From Fimicolochytrium jonesii (Eukaryota), in contig NW_026515683.1 of assembly GCF_025526975.1 (NCBI RefSeq), forward strand, positions 620,001 to 684,000: a stretch of DNA of 64,000 nt, in the 5' to 3' direction. A model generated the notes under the pieces. It was not told the origin of the DNA, did not search any database, and saw only the letters and a program-made list of their open reading frames with translations. The first letter of the stretch is position 1, and the number at the start of each line of letters is the position of its first letter. The translations under genes were made by a program, and so were the position numbers. Below, in pieces: positions 52,424 to 64,000 of the stretch.

Positions 52424-53959
52424 ATGCGCTGCCCACAAACAACTACCGCCTTCGCGCTGTTGCTAGCTACCGCCGGCCTCATCTCCACCGCCATCGGTGC
52501 CGCCGTCGACCCGGCAGCCAGCCTGCTCACCTGCCTGCAATCGATCCCCGGCACACCTGAGCTCGTCGTCCCATCCTCTACACCAGGCGCCTACGCGAAC
52601 GAGAAGAACGGGATCAACATCCACCGCCAACGGTTTCCTAACGTGATCCTCTACGCCACGGGCGAGGAGCATGTGCAAGGCGCCGTGAACTGTGCCGTTC
52701 TTAACCATGCTGTCCCCGTCGCCCGATCCGGCGGCCACTCCTACGAAGCCATGTCATCCTTCGACGGCAAAACCTCCGTGATCGTCGACGTTTCCTCTTT
52801 GACAACCGTGCGAATTGATGAGCAAGAACACACCGCCGTCGTCGGCGCCGGTATCCGCCTCGGCAACTTATACGCCTCACTCGGTCGACAAAGTGACCCG
52901 TCCTGGACCTTCCCGGGTGGCACCTGCCCGACCGTCGGGCTCGGCGGCCACAGCGCTGTGGGCGGCTACGGCATGTTGGCGCGCAAGTACGGCATCGCCG
53001 CCGACCACGTCCTCGAGTTCCGCGTTGTGAACGCCAACGGCACCGTGCTCATCGCCAACAAATCGCAGAACCCAGACCTGTTCTGGGGTCTCCGCGGTGG
53101 AGGCGGCGGCAACCTGGGTATCGTCACGCAACTCAAACTCTCCCTCGTCTCCGCACCGCAGAACGCTATCGGTGGGATTGGCTACCGCCTGGATCAGCTC
53201 CCCCAAGTCGTCGACCTCTTCCAGAAATGGATCCCCACCATGCCCGCGGAACTCACCGTGCAACTCACCCTGTGGGCCGACAATCCCTACCCCGGCGGAT
53301 TCGGGTTCAACGTCCACTACCTCGGCACCACCGACCGTCTCCAGCAACTCCTTGGCGAAGCGGGCTTCTTCTCCATCCCGACCCTTGGATCGGGGTTCCA
53401 GCAAGTTAGCGTCGTGCAAGCGCGCGCGGCCACAGCAGGCGTGGCTTCCGACACTCCCGACGCCGCCATCAACGCCTTGCAGAATCCGACGCGGTTGCAG
53501 GCGGCGTGGCGGACGAACCGCAAGTTGACGGCGGAGTATTACCACCAGAACCTTGACATGACCACGTTGACACGGTTGACGCAGGTTCTGAGGGAGATCC
53601 CCGCCGAGGCGACGGGCGTGCTCGTGCAGTTCGAGGCGTTTGGCCCGCAGAGCGCTCTCTGGGCCGTCCCCACCGACGCCACACCGTACCCACATCGCGC
53701 GGGCACGCTCTTCAGCATCCAATACGGCGTACAATACCCCGTCGACAACACACAGACGTACCCATCCGTCGACGCCTTCTACGCCAAGCTGAAAGCCACG
53801 CTGGTGCCGTTGGCGAGTGGGTTGCATTATGCGGGGTACATCGACTCGGATTTCTCGCCGGCATCGCATTATGGCGGGAATTGGCCGCGGTTGGTGCAGG
53901 TCAAGAGGGCGTATGACCCGTTGAACGTGTTTTACAATGAGATGTCGCCGAAGCCGTAG
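52424..53959 (+). CDS. Secreted FAD-linked oxidase, berberine bridge enzyme-like
   Basis: Signal peptide, RSGGHSYE, GTCPTVGLGGH (His/Cys bicovalent FAD positions), DLFWGLRGGGG, YGGNWPRLVQVKRAYDPLNVF. Confidence 0.93.
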   Translation: MRCPQTTTAFALLLATAGLISTAIGAAVDPAASLLTCLQSIPGTPELVVPSSTPGAYANEKNGINIHRQRFPNVILYATGEEHVQGAVNCAVLNHAVPVARSGGHSYEAMSSFDGKTSVIVDVSSLTTVRIDEQEHTAVVGAGIRLGNLYASLGRQSDPSWTFPGGTCPTVGLGGHSAVGGYGMLARKYGIAADHVLEFRVVNANGTVLIANKSQNPDLFWGLRGGGGGNLGIVTQLKLSLVSAPQNAIGGIGYRLDQLPQVVDLFQKWIPTMPAELTVQLTLWADNPYPGGFGFNVHYLGTTDRLQQLLGEAGFFSIPTLGSGFQQVSVVQARAATAGVASDTPDAAINALQNPTRLQAAWRTNRKLTAEYYHQNLDMTTLTRLTQVLREIPAEATGVLVQFEAFGPQSALWAVPTDATPYPHRAGTLFSIQYGVQYPVDNTQTYPSVDAFYAKLKATLVPLASGLHYAGYIDSDFSPASHYGGNWPRLVQVKRAYDPLNVFYNEMSPKP

Positions 53960-54730
53960 AGGATCTTCCATCGTGGTTTAGAACCCACGTAGCTGGGCTG
54001 GCCCCATCTTTGTAGCTTTCTGGCCGCACCCCAGGCTTTAGATTATAGTTCGCACATACCCCCATCCACTATTCATGTATTCAATTCTTGCAACGTTGGC
54101 GTAATAGTCCGAATGTCATACTGTACACACACAACCATGCACGGTATAAAGCTCTGCCCAAGTTTCTCGTGAACAATAACGTCAACATTCGCAACTTTTT
54201 TCTGGATGCGGTCTGTGTCCGGCGTGCATGTGTTGCATGTAGGTCTCGCCTCCCTTGAACGCTTCCTCCCAAAAAAAACGCGTGGGAAGTAGTCGCTTAC
54301 AAATCGGCGTAAGGCACGCGAACGCGCTTCTTACGCGTGTTCCGCAGCGCCGTTCATGAACTTCCACTTGAATTGTTTTGGGCGTCGGGCCACAAAAATA
54401 AAGTTGGCGATGGAAAGAAAAGTGGGCAACTGGGCAAGGGGAAGCAAGAATCCCAGGGATACTAAATGCGTACAGCTCGCTCTTCGCATTAGAAATCCAG
54501 CCTATGCCCACGACGACGACGGCGGCGAAGGTTCTCCTACTCAACAATCGTTCGCATGTCGAGGATTCTGGGGCTCAAGATCTCTCACTTCATGAGCAAT
54601 CCTTCAGTTCGATGCGGCGCTTATAAAAGCCGGGGCCGGCTGCCACTGTCGTTGCGTTTGCAGTATCCAGCGCAGCATCCAACGCAACGGCCTTCATCCC
54701 TCTCATTTTCAGAACTCTAGTGGAGCCGCA

Positions 54731-56475
54731 ATGCCGAAGAAAGACCCTCAACTCACAACAACATCCCTGGATGCAAGCAACGAGACGAGGTCTGACGATG
54801 TCAAGGTCACAGACGTGCCACCATCACTAGTCCAGGACGACATGACCTTCAGCGGGCCGAGTAAGGAAGACGCCCGGGGGTCCCCCCGCCCATCGGTCGA
54901 GTTACCCAGAGCCACTTTCCTGTGGATCATGGTCGGCATCTGGGTGGGCAACTTCGCCGCGTTTTTCAATGAGACGACTGCCACCACGTAAGTTTGCCTC
55001 CTGCTCATGACTCACATCGCCACGGGAAACTAAAATGGATGCGTTCGTCCCTGTTCAGAACGATGCACGCAGCCAGCCAAGAATTCGCAAAAGAGCAACA
55101 AATGAACTGGATCGCCACCTCCTACCTCCTCGGCTTCACCGTGACGCAAACCCTGCTCGGCAAGCTCACCGACATCTTCGGCCGCCAGACCATGTTCAAC
55201 AGCACACTTGTCGTTTTCTTCGCCGGCACACTCTGGTGCGCGTTAGCACAATCCATGTCCTCGCTGATCGTCGCGAGATTGCTGCAAGGCATCGGGGCAG
55301 CGGGTCGTCAGACTGTTGGACTGATTATCGTTCTCGACACCACGACCCCGTTGACGCGCGGGACATGGCTAGGCCTATTCAACATGTCGCTATCGTTCGG
55401 GCTCGCGATTGGGCCATATGTTGGCGCGGTGCTGTCCGTGCACACGACCTGGAGATGGACGTACTGGATTACTTTGATGCTGAACGCCATCACCTTCGGC
55501 ATCGCGGTCATGTTCATGCGGTTCCCGCCCACCAAGGGTTCCATCCGGTCGAAATTACGTGAAGTCGATTATGTGGGGTCGGTGTTGGTGGTGGGCATCG
55601 CGGCGTGTATTTGCATCGCAATCGAACTAGGTGGACAGGAATACACATGGTCGTCGCCGTTCATCGTCATCCTCTTCGTCGCCGCCGCGGTGCTCATCCC
55701 TGTATTTTGCTACTGGGAACTCTTCCGCGCGCGTCAGCCCGTTGTCGATCTCCGCCTCTTTAAGCGGTGGAACATTCCCTTTGCCGTCGTCCTCAACTTT
55801 GTCTGCGGCGCCGCGCTGTTCGGCTCCGTGTTCTACTTGCCCAAATACTTCCTCAACATCAAGGACGCGTCACTCGAAGCGACTGGATTACAGATGCTAG
55901 CCCTCAATGTCGCGGCGGGGATCTCCTCCGTCGGGGGCAGTCAACTGATCTCGCGGACGGGACGTGTGCGTCTCATCGGCGTGCTTGGCGCCGCGCTCGT
56001 TTGCGCGGGATCGGCGGCTATGCTCGCCGCCAACGAGACCAGCCCCATCGGCCTCGCGTTGGTGCTCAGCATCCTCATGGGCCTTGGCGTCGGCATCCTC
56101 TATCAGCCCGCGGTGGTCGTCGGGCCTATGAGCGTGCAACCGCATGAGGTTGCGGGGATCAGCGGGTTTCTCAGTTTCATCCGCACACTAGGTGGAACGT
56201 TCGCCACGGCGCTGTTGACGTCCATCTTCACCACGATCTTGAAGAAGGACTTGCAGGGCGTGCTACCGGAGGATGTCCTTGACACCGGGTTGCAGTTGGC
56301 GGATCACCATGCGCAATACCCGGAGGAGAACTCAGCCATTATTGCGGTGATGGTGAAGGCCTTCCATATCGGTTACGTTCCCGTTATCGTGTTTTCGGTA
56401 CTCTACGCCGTGTCCGTGGCTTTGCTTCGGAATGTGGACTTTGTCGTGAAGCGTACGCCTGCTTCCAGGGTTTGA
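54731..56475 (+). CDS. MFS drug:H+ antiporter (DHA2, 14-TMS type)
   Basis: WIATSYLL, GKLTDIFGR, ARLLQGIG, WRWTYWI, DYVGSVL, RTLGGTF; intron 54988-55058. Confidence 0.92.
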
Positions 56476-57651
56476 TCTGGGCGCTAGCTTCCCCCTGTCC
56501 CATCCGTAGTGAGACCCTCGAAAACTATCTACTTGTTCCTGTTCTTTGCTATCCCCACCACCAGTACTAAACCCATTCTGCATGTACATTCTCCTGTCAC
56601 AACCAATACCAATATGCCCTATCGGAAAGCGCCTTCGAGAAATGCGGGGTTTACATCCTCTCATACCTGAAGCAATAGACGCTATGTAGGAAAGCTCCTC
56701 CAACGACTGCTGCGTTTAGTCAACGTACGCCCATTCCCTTCCATGCGCGAGATGCGCGGTGTCCAAGTACCTGACAACATCCCGTAAAATCTCAACAATA
56801 GTTGCGGCGCGGATAGCCTCGCCGACGAGTCGCCGTGCCTTCGAGCTGTCGCCTCCTCGCCACCACCTGCTCCGTGGAGGCATACCTGTGATCCGAGCGT
56901 CAGGATACCGAGGTCTGGATGACCATCGCGAAGGAGAGTTTGAGGGACACTTAGGGCGTCCAAAAAAAACAAGTAGGCCTGGAACAGACAAAACTCCGCT
57001 GGGCCTCAACCCCTTGCAATTTCCGGCAAAACAGCAACCTGCATTAGACTCCCCTGGCAGGAGTGAGAGGAGAGGGACAGGAGGTGGGAGCGTGGATTCA
57101 CTTCCTTGGCCTTAGTAAGAGGGATGAACGCGTCAAAAAGGACACGGATTGTGCTGGGATGGAACATTGGGAACCCCAGTCTGAATCTCCCAATGTTCCA
57201 CAAGCGTACTGTATATCCTAGACTATAGATATAAATGGTGGCGCGCAAGATGAAACGCCTCAAGCTTTCCTAGTCTCTGCCGTCGCTACATGGTGTTTGT
57301 CGTTTCTTACATGAAGGGTGGACCACCCGTTGCTGCTCGTATTTGGCATCGTCCTTCATGTCCTCTATGTGGGCGTGAACTCTTGATATCGCCCTCGTCG
57401 ACGGGATCCGCCATGCCCTACTTTGACTCTTTACGGATTGGTAGCTTGCGAGCATGAGACGGCTGAGGGATATGTCTCGAGGGGGCCCGCTCTTGATGTG
57501 CAGCGGGCCTTATCTCCAAGTTCCTGGCAATGAAGCACAGGACGTGCATGTCTTTACGTTTCGCCAACCAGCTGAAGCTTCAGATAGTCACTTGTATCAA
57601 TACGATTACGCCGTCCAAATTTCGCCTCGATCGTACGCTAATATGCTCTAC

Positions 57652-59402
57652 CTATTCCGAAGGCTTTACAGCTTTCCTTTTTAAGACCGTCCCGCTCTTT
57701 GTTGACGTCCTCACAACCTTTCCATCCTCGCGTTGAAACGTAAACACCAACGCCGGAGCGTCAATCTGGTACCACACCTCCTCATCTTGCGGCGCAAACA
57801 CCATCTTCTTCTCCGCCCGTTTCCCCTTGGCGTCAATGATAAATGCGTCCAGAACGTCGCGCCCTTTGTCATCCTTGGCGGGCTCGAACTCGATTGCGAT
57901 CCCTTTTGCGGCGTTAGCGTACTCACCCGCGAGGCTGGCGAGAACGTCGGGGGAAATGGACCCGAGGCGGATGAGATCTTCTGGTGGGGCTACCTCTTCA
58001 CCGGCGTACAGTTTGGGGAGGGTGGAGTAGATGTCGCCGACACCGCAACCACCATTGTTGGCGAGGACGATGACGATGAGGGAATCCTGGATGCCGGTTG
58101 AAGAGGCGTCGTCGGAAGTCTCCTCGTTTGCCGTCGATGTGTTGGCAAGCTCGATGCGACCGACCTTCGAGACGAAGCCTGGGGGTGAGACGAATGAGGA
58201 TAAGCACGAGTGAAAACAGAGAGAGGTAAATGTAGGTTCAACGGCGTCCCCGGGAACGGGACCGCCGTCCAAAAGAACCTGCACACATGAGGAAGCTGAA
58301 GCTCGCGGGACGTTTGAACGCACCATTTATGGAACCACCGTGCTCGATGCGACGGAGCCCCGTCGCATCCATTTCACACATCAGGCCGCAACCCCACCAT
58401 GTGTTCTCGTTCTTGGGATCAGGGAACACAGCGGGAACATTATACATGCGGTCCAGCGATTTCTGGCTCAGCAGTCGACCGGGTTCGGCGAGCGCGACGG
58501 TCCAGCGATGCAGATCACCGACGGTTGAATACATGGCCCCGGCGCCGAGGGGAAAGCCCATGTCCACATACGAGGCGTTCTGAATTTTTCCGTCTTCCAG
58601 TTCGTATCCGCTTGCACGGTGTTTCAGCAGCTTCGAAGAGACCTCTACGCCAGTGTCGTTCAGACCGAGCGGCTCCAGAACCTCCTTGCGCAGGACATCG
58701 ACCCAGCCCTCGCCCGAGACGGTCTCAATGAGGACGGTCAGCACCTGATAGTTCGAGTTGGAGTAAGCGACTTTTGTCCCCGGTTCGAACTCAAACGGCA
58801 AGTCCTTGAAATAGGCGAGCGTGTCCACAGGGGCGGCATGCAGTTTGCGAGCAATGGCGCTCTCGTATTCCGGCAAATCGGTGCAATTTGGTAGCCCGCT
58901 TTGGTGGGTGAGGAGGAGGAACGCTGTCAGGATATCGCCTTTGTCGGCAGGGAACACTGGGGAGGACAGGTATGTTGACATGGGGGCGTCGAGGTCCAGC
59001 TTTCCTTGCTCCACCAGGCGAAGGACGGCCGCCGCTGTGAACTGCTTTGTCACACTGAGCACCTAGGATCAGCGTCGTGCGAAAGACATTCCTCGCCTGC
59101 AAAAGCGATCTCACCTGCCGATCCTGAACTTTGTGTCAATGGTATTTGGCACGTCCCATTCTCGATTGGCGAGCCCGTACGCCTTGGAGAACAGAACTTC
59201 CTGGTCGTCTCGACCGGACCCTTTTGCAACGAGGACTGCAGCCAGTTTCAAGGAGGTCAGTGAATCGTCGTGCACAAGCGAGAAACCCTTAAGAAGACAA
59301 CTGCAGCTGCTGCCGTCACATACCAGCCCCAGAGTAGTGTCTCTTCTGAGCGTGAGCTTCAATGTAGGCCTCGCAGGCCTGCTGGAAGGTGGTCTTGGTC
59401 AT
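57652..59402 (-). CDS. Beta-lactamase-fold serine hydrolase (AmpC/S12-like) 1
   Basis: Spliced YSGA|VLVAK, FRIG|SVTK (SxxK), LLTHQSGL, FEPG...YSNSNY, HGGSING|F; introns 59236-59323, 59055-59114 and 58179-58323. Confidence 0.9.
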
Positions 59403-59939
59403 GGTGTGGGTCGTTTTCGATAGGTACAGGACAGCTTCGATGGAGATGGTCACTTCTGTTCAGTCGCTTGCGGGAGAGGACAAGGCCCAGCGGGCTTGCT
59501 TTTATGGACGGTGGCCCAGCAGTTTACACTGCCATACAGGAGCCGGTTGGGAGCGGAGTAGACGGTGGACCAGCCATCGAACTTTCGATTCTCGTTGGCG
59601 TTGTAAGTAGGGCGGCCGCTGGTCATGGGGAAGCTTCCACAGTGCGCATAGACTGTACGTTTGCGCAGTCCCTGGCAATAATAATGGGCTGCTTCTGAAG
59701 TTCTGCAGGCCGTCGGAACTCATTCCAGAGTATGCCTTCCCGTGTGGCCCCGGGAAGGCGATGTAGTATGTATGTATGTATGTACGTCGAGCTGGGCGCT
59801 ATACATGTGTATGCTCCATTCCTACAATGACGAACAAAGACAAGAACTCTCGACTACATGCTATGTCCCTCCTCGCATCCGGATTTGAACACGACGTTCA
59901 GCCGGACGGGTTCCGGATCCCCTTGTGAAAACGCTGGGT

Positions 59940-60477
59940 CTACTGTCCTTCAATACTAAACAGCTCCGACGCAGCCCTAGCAAACGGTGCCTGATGGGCG
60001 TGCCGCGGCTCGCTAAACGCAAACACACGCGCCTGCCAGTCATGCCCTTCAGCCGCATCCAGCGGAACCTTGAACCAAACTGTTCCATATCCACAAGGCA
60101 CCGCCCCGCCCTTCGGCCCAAACCGGGTAGTGGGGCCGCTGCCCGTTGAACTTTTCTCGACGTACACCTCGCAGGATGATGAAGCCCACGGCGTGTAGGG
60201 CGGGGTGATGCGGGTTGCGTCCCAGTCCACAGAGACTGTTTGACCGCGGCGGTAGGTTGTGGAGGCGGTGGGGACAATGATCCGAATGGCTGTGAATGGT
60301 CATAGGGAGAGTCATTGGTCAGTTTTGAACGGCTTGACACGCAAAGCATGGGTTATCATGCGATGGTGCACCATGCTTACAATAATCGCTGCTTTGACGT
60401 TTCGTCGCTGGAGCTGCTGAAGCGGACACGATTAGGAGAGCAGATGCCACGGCGAGGAAGTGCATTGTCAGATGCAT
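59940..60477 (-). CDS. Small secreted protein (148 aa), probable Ig-like fold
   Basis: Exon 60381-60477 gives MHLTMHFLAVASALLIVSASAAPATKRQ (signal peptide plus KR site); phase-consistent intron 60290-60380; exon 2 begins IRIIVPTASTTYRRGQTVSVDW; two Cys. Confidence 0.7.
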
Positions 60478-60671
60478 TATAAGTCAGAGGAAAAATCTCG
60501 AAAGGAACTTCTCCAAACCGTAAGCGCAATAGTATTCGAAAATGCGGGCGGTGCGGAAATGATCGGTGCGTTGAACCAAAGGACTAGCGGGTTGGCAGCC
60601 ATGATCGCTGAAGCCCTTCTCCATTTATAGGCGTGCTAGTGAAGTCCGCATGCCAAAGCACCTGCCTTGCG

Positions 60672-61080
60672 GTGCTACTGCCGCTCCATCAGCTGAATCG
60701 ATTTACAGTTGCCGCCTGCAGGACAAAGGGCAGAGGGTCATAGCTTGCAGGTGCCTCTGCCTGCCATTTCAAAGGATTTTTTGGTCGTGTCCCGTCGCAG
60801 AACGTAAAAGTAGCTTACAGTACAGAGGACATCAATTGCTGCAGTGCCACTGCCGGCCGTCAGCTGCATCAATTTTACGGTTGCCGCCTGCACGACAAAG
60901 GGCGAAGTCGGGTACCCTGCCTGCCGTTTCAGAGGGTTTTGTGCTTGAAGTGGCTTACACAGGACCCTGAGTTGTTGCAGTGCTACTGCCGGCCGTCAGC
61001 TCCAACAATATACGGTTGCTGCCTGCAGTGTGCACAACAAAGGACAGAATCGTGGCTTGCCGGTGCCCCTCCTGCCATAT
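60672..61080. repeat. Three degenerate ~130-170 bp repeat units
   Basis: Recurring CTGCCG..TCAGCT...TAC(A/G)GTTGC(C/T)GCCTGCA...ACAAAGG...CCTGCC at ~60678, ~60850 and ~60986. Confidence 0.6.
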
Positions 61081-61813
61081 GATATCAAACGTACTTTTGT
61101 GTCCGCGCCGCAGGACGCAAAAGTGGCCTACGCAGCATCCAACAAGGCGTGGAAAGTGCGTGACACAGAAGTGGCGCGCGAACATGTGCTCTGCCCTTTG
61201 GATAGGTCTGGCGCATCAGGACGTAAAAGTTTCAACAGGGCTTGACAGGGCATCAGACAAGGCGGTCAAAGGGCTTCACCATTTGGCGCATTAAGTGGTG
61301 GTTGAGCCCTTCGGCTCTCGTTGGTGAGTTGGCAGAGTTGGTCGATGGTCTCGCGATGACACACGCGTCGTGCGCGGCAAACATATCCGCGACGACCGTT
61401 GACATCCATCCACCGAAGGGTACCGAAACTTCACAGCCGACTTTCCCGCCAGGAGCCCAGATTGCACCGCCTCATTCCGCTCGCAGGTCATCATTTTCCA
61501 TGATCAAGCCGCAAGTCAGAAAGGGGTTATCAAGTGAACTAACCCTAATTTGGCGGGGTGTGCTCTTCGTGGGCTTGAGGGCCAGTGGCTTCGTCCGCCA
61601 AGTGCAGACCTCTGAAGCTGCCTCTGAAGCGTCCTTTTGTTTTGCAACTTGCAAGGTGGCGAGTGGCCAAATGAAAGGCAAGACGCTCTTCTGATCCACA
61701 TTATAGATCTCTCAATCCGAGGGGGGGTTTCTAGTCAAGGTGCAATGCATTCACTCTACATGTAATGCCTAATATAAACAGGCCCTACGGAGCGGACGAC
61801 ATTGTAAAGGCCT

Positions 61814-63345
61814 TCAAGAACGCCGCTTGGCTTCCACACTGTTGAAACCTGACCGGATGCTAACGCTAGCGGCCGGTTGATCCATACCGTTGGACATCGC
61901 AAACTCTAAAACCGTCTCAGCAAACCCATCCACTCCAAACGTAGTCGTCCCGACCCTCCTTCGCAGCGCAAACGGACCCTCTGCCAGCGTAAACGCGCAC
62001 GTCCCATCCTTTGACACAACCACATCGCCACCTGCCGCACTTCCATACGTCCCTGCGAGAAGATCAAATTGCACGTCGTCCTTCTCGAGGGTTGAACCAC
62101 CAACATCCACAGCAGGTGGCAGGACATCCGGCCACTCATATATCTCCTCGAGCGCGGCGCTGATCTCATCCCACCGCCGGCTGCTTTGCCCGTTGATGAG
62201 GGTGGCGAAACCAAACCCGGAGTGCGGGTTGAGTTGGAAGGTACTGATGAAGCCGAGGTTGCCGCCGTTGTGCTGGAAGGAGGTTGATCTGGTCAGTAAG
62301 CTTTCTCATAGAGGACAGGCGGGGGAGGAGGAATGTGGAAACTTACAGAAAGCCGCATGCGGTCTGCCTTGCCTTGACGCATGATGCCAAGCGCCATATG
62401 CTTCGTAGATGGGTCGTGCTCGCCGCCGGCCAGTGTGATATATTCCGCGGCGGAGGCAGTGGTAAGTAGCGCACTGCCCGGCGGATAAATAACGCCTCCA
62501 CTCGTCAGCAAAACCGGCTGAACAGACCGTCCAATGGCCAACGCAAACTTGACAAGATCGACAGCGGTGGTCCACAGGCCCGCAGCAGCCGACTCCGGAT
62601 ATACGAGGTATCCACCTGATATCGTCGCGTCACAGAAGGGGTGGCTCAAGGCGTGATTGTCGGAAGGCGGCGTGTCGACGCAAACGCGGAATGTCGAGCG
62701 AGTCATACCTGCCGGCGTCAAGACCAAGTCGTCCATGAGTTCCGCGAACGGCTTGCCACACACGTCCTCCATCACCAGTTGGACGATCTCGTAACCGGCG
62801 CCAGAGTAGCGGTAGTAACCCGGGATAGAATCAATGACGGTTTTCGGGCAGTTGCCATCACCGTTCAAGACGCCGACGACATCTGGAAGGTGCGGGTCGT
62901 TCCTGGCATACCCATCGAAGTTATCCCCATTGAGTCCCGCCCGATGGGACAACAGCAACCGTAGCGTGGTTTTCAGGCCGGAGGTTGCAGTAGCAGTGGG
63001 CAGTTTCCAGCGCTTGAGGTAATCGTTCACATCAACGTCCAAGTTCAGGACGCCCTTCTCCACCAACCGGAGCACGGCTACTGCCGTCACAGGCTTGCTG
63101 ATGGACGCGGCCTGGAACTGCGTGTCGTCGTCGACTTTGATAACCGGGTGCGAGTCCGCGGCGCGCACGCCATAGTTCTTTGTCCATATGATCTTCCCCT
63201 TGTGGAACACTGCGAGCTGGAGGCCCGGGACGAGGTCGTAGCGGGCGAGGTGTTCGGCGAGAGGGAGGGTTTTGTTTGGACTGACTTTTGATTCGAGCGT
63301 AGCGAGTACGGCGTCGGGAGGCGTCGGAAAGGTCGTCGCAGTCAT
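61814..63345 (-). CDS. Beta-lactamase-fold serine hydrolase (AmpC/S12-like) 2
   Basis: VPGLQLAV, FQAASISK (SxxK), LLSHRAGL, YRYSGAGY, YPESAAAGLWTT, S|HNGGNLGF; intron 62273-62346. Confidence 0.9.
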
Positions 63346-64000
63346 TGGGGAGGAGCTTTGAGTGTGCTTTTAAGGAAAAGGGCGTTTCGAAAAGGGGGAG
63401 AGCGGTCTCTTTTGTCCCTCAACGGTTATCCTCCACTTAGCAGGCCATGGCGAAGACCATGCTCGCGCGCTCTTATAAGCACTCGTACGCAGCTGGTGGG
63501 CAAGCGCATCATGGTTGGCGGTGTGGTGGACGAGTGCAGGTTTGGCAGTGCAGATTCTGCGCGGGTGCTCCTTGTGATAACCGGGTGCTCCGCTCCTCCA
63601 GAAACGCCCAGCCGCCTTCCCAGCGGAGCGGTATGAAATATACGGCGCGCAAATCGACACTATTGCAGGAAGGGAACCCTTTGAACTTGACGCTCGCTGC
63701 CTCAACCCTAAGCAGGCATCCCTTCAACGCTTTGGCGCTTTATTGACCGCACAGTACGCTCTAACACTCGCCCGTCTCGCTATCAAAGCAAGTCTACAAC
63801 AGTCACAATCGCACTGCTGCCCTCAAGTATCAGCACACCAGAAGAGGAAACGAGATGGAATATGAACGCATGGTTCTACGCGTATCATCATGATCTCGCT
63901 GGCCGTCGAATGTTTTCACTAATTTTGAATTGGAGAAGGAAAGGAAAGCAACTGTGAGGTATCCCATGCCCGATTTGTGCTGCTTTGAACTTGGTGGGGA

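Noticed and set aside
51239..57213. TA-CAGTACGCT...AGCGTACTG-TA inverted match bracketing the BBE and MFS genes
   Set aside because: Only 9 bp plus TA, and a similar word occurs at ~63752; consistent with chance in 64 kb.

Overview
Eukaryotic, intron-containing fungal DNA, most likely from a zoosporic (chytrid-type) fungus: it carries a flagellar DRC12/CCDC153-like gene and a Crinkler (CRN)-type N-terminal domain gene. Core genes, read by splicing the ORF track by hand: RNR2, tRNA-Ala(CGC), DRC12, a MARK/SIK-type kinase, a subtilisin, ALKBH6, SDH1, an alpha/beta hydrolase, an F-box-like protein, TRF4/PAP2 and an aldo-keto reductase. They are interspersed with accessory DNA: two paralogous PD-(D/E)xK-like nuclease-fold genes, an HNH-PARP-CRN trio, and a 47-63 kb block of intron-poor, partly bacterial-style genes (beta-trefoil-Vps62, MDR reductase, BBE oxidase, MFS pump, two SxxK beta-lactamase-fold hydrolases, a small secreted protein). 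The most striking non-coding signal is that single introns in five unrelated genes (RNR2, ALKBH6, SDH1, AKR, PARP) share homologous blocks and a recurring CGAGCG(N2-3)GCGAG motif, always on the sense strand, suggesting an introner-like or intron-resident element family. There are also two very small TA-flanked CAGT...ACTG MITEs and a roughly 350-450 bp oscillating C/G strand skew. Family assignments come from motif recognition only; no database searches were run.
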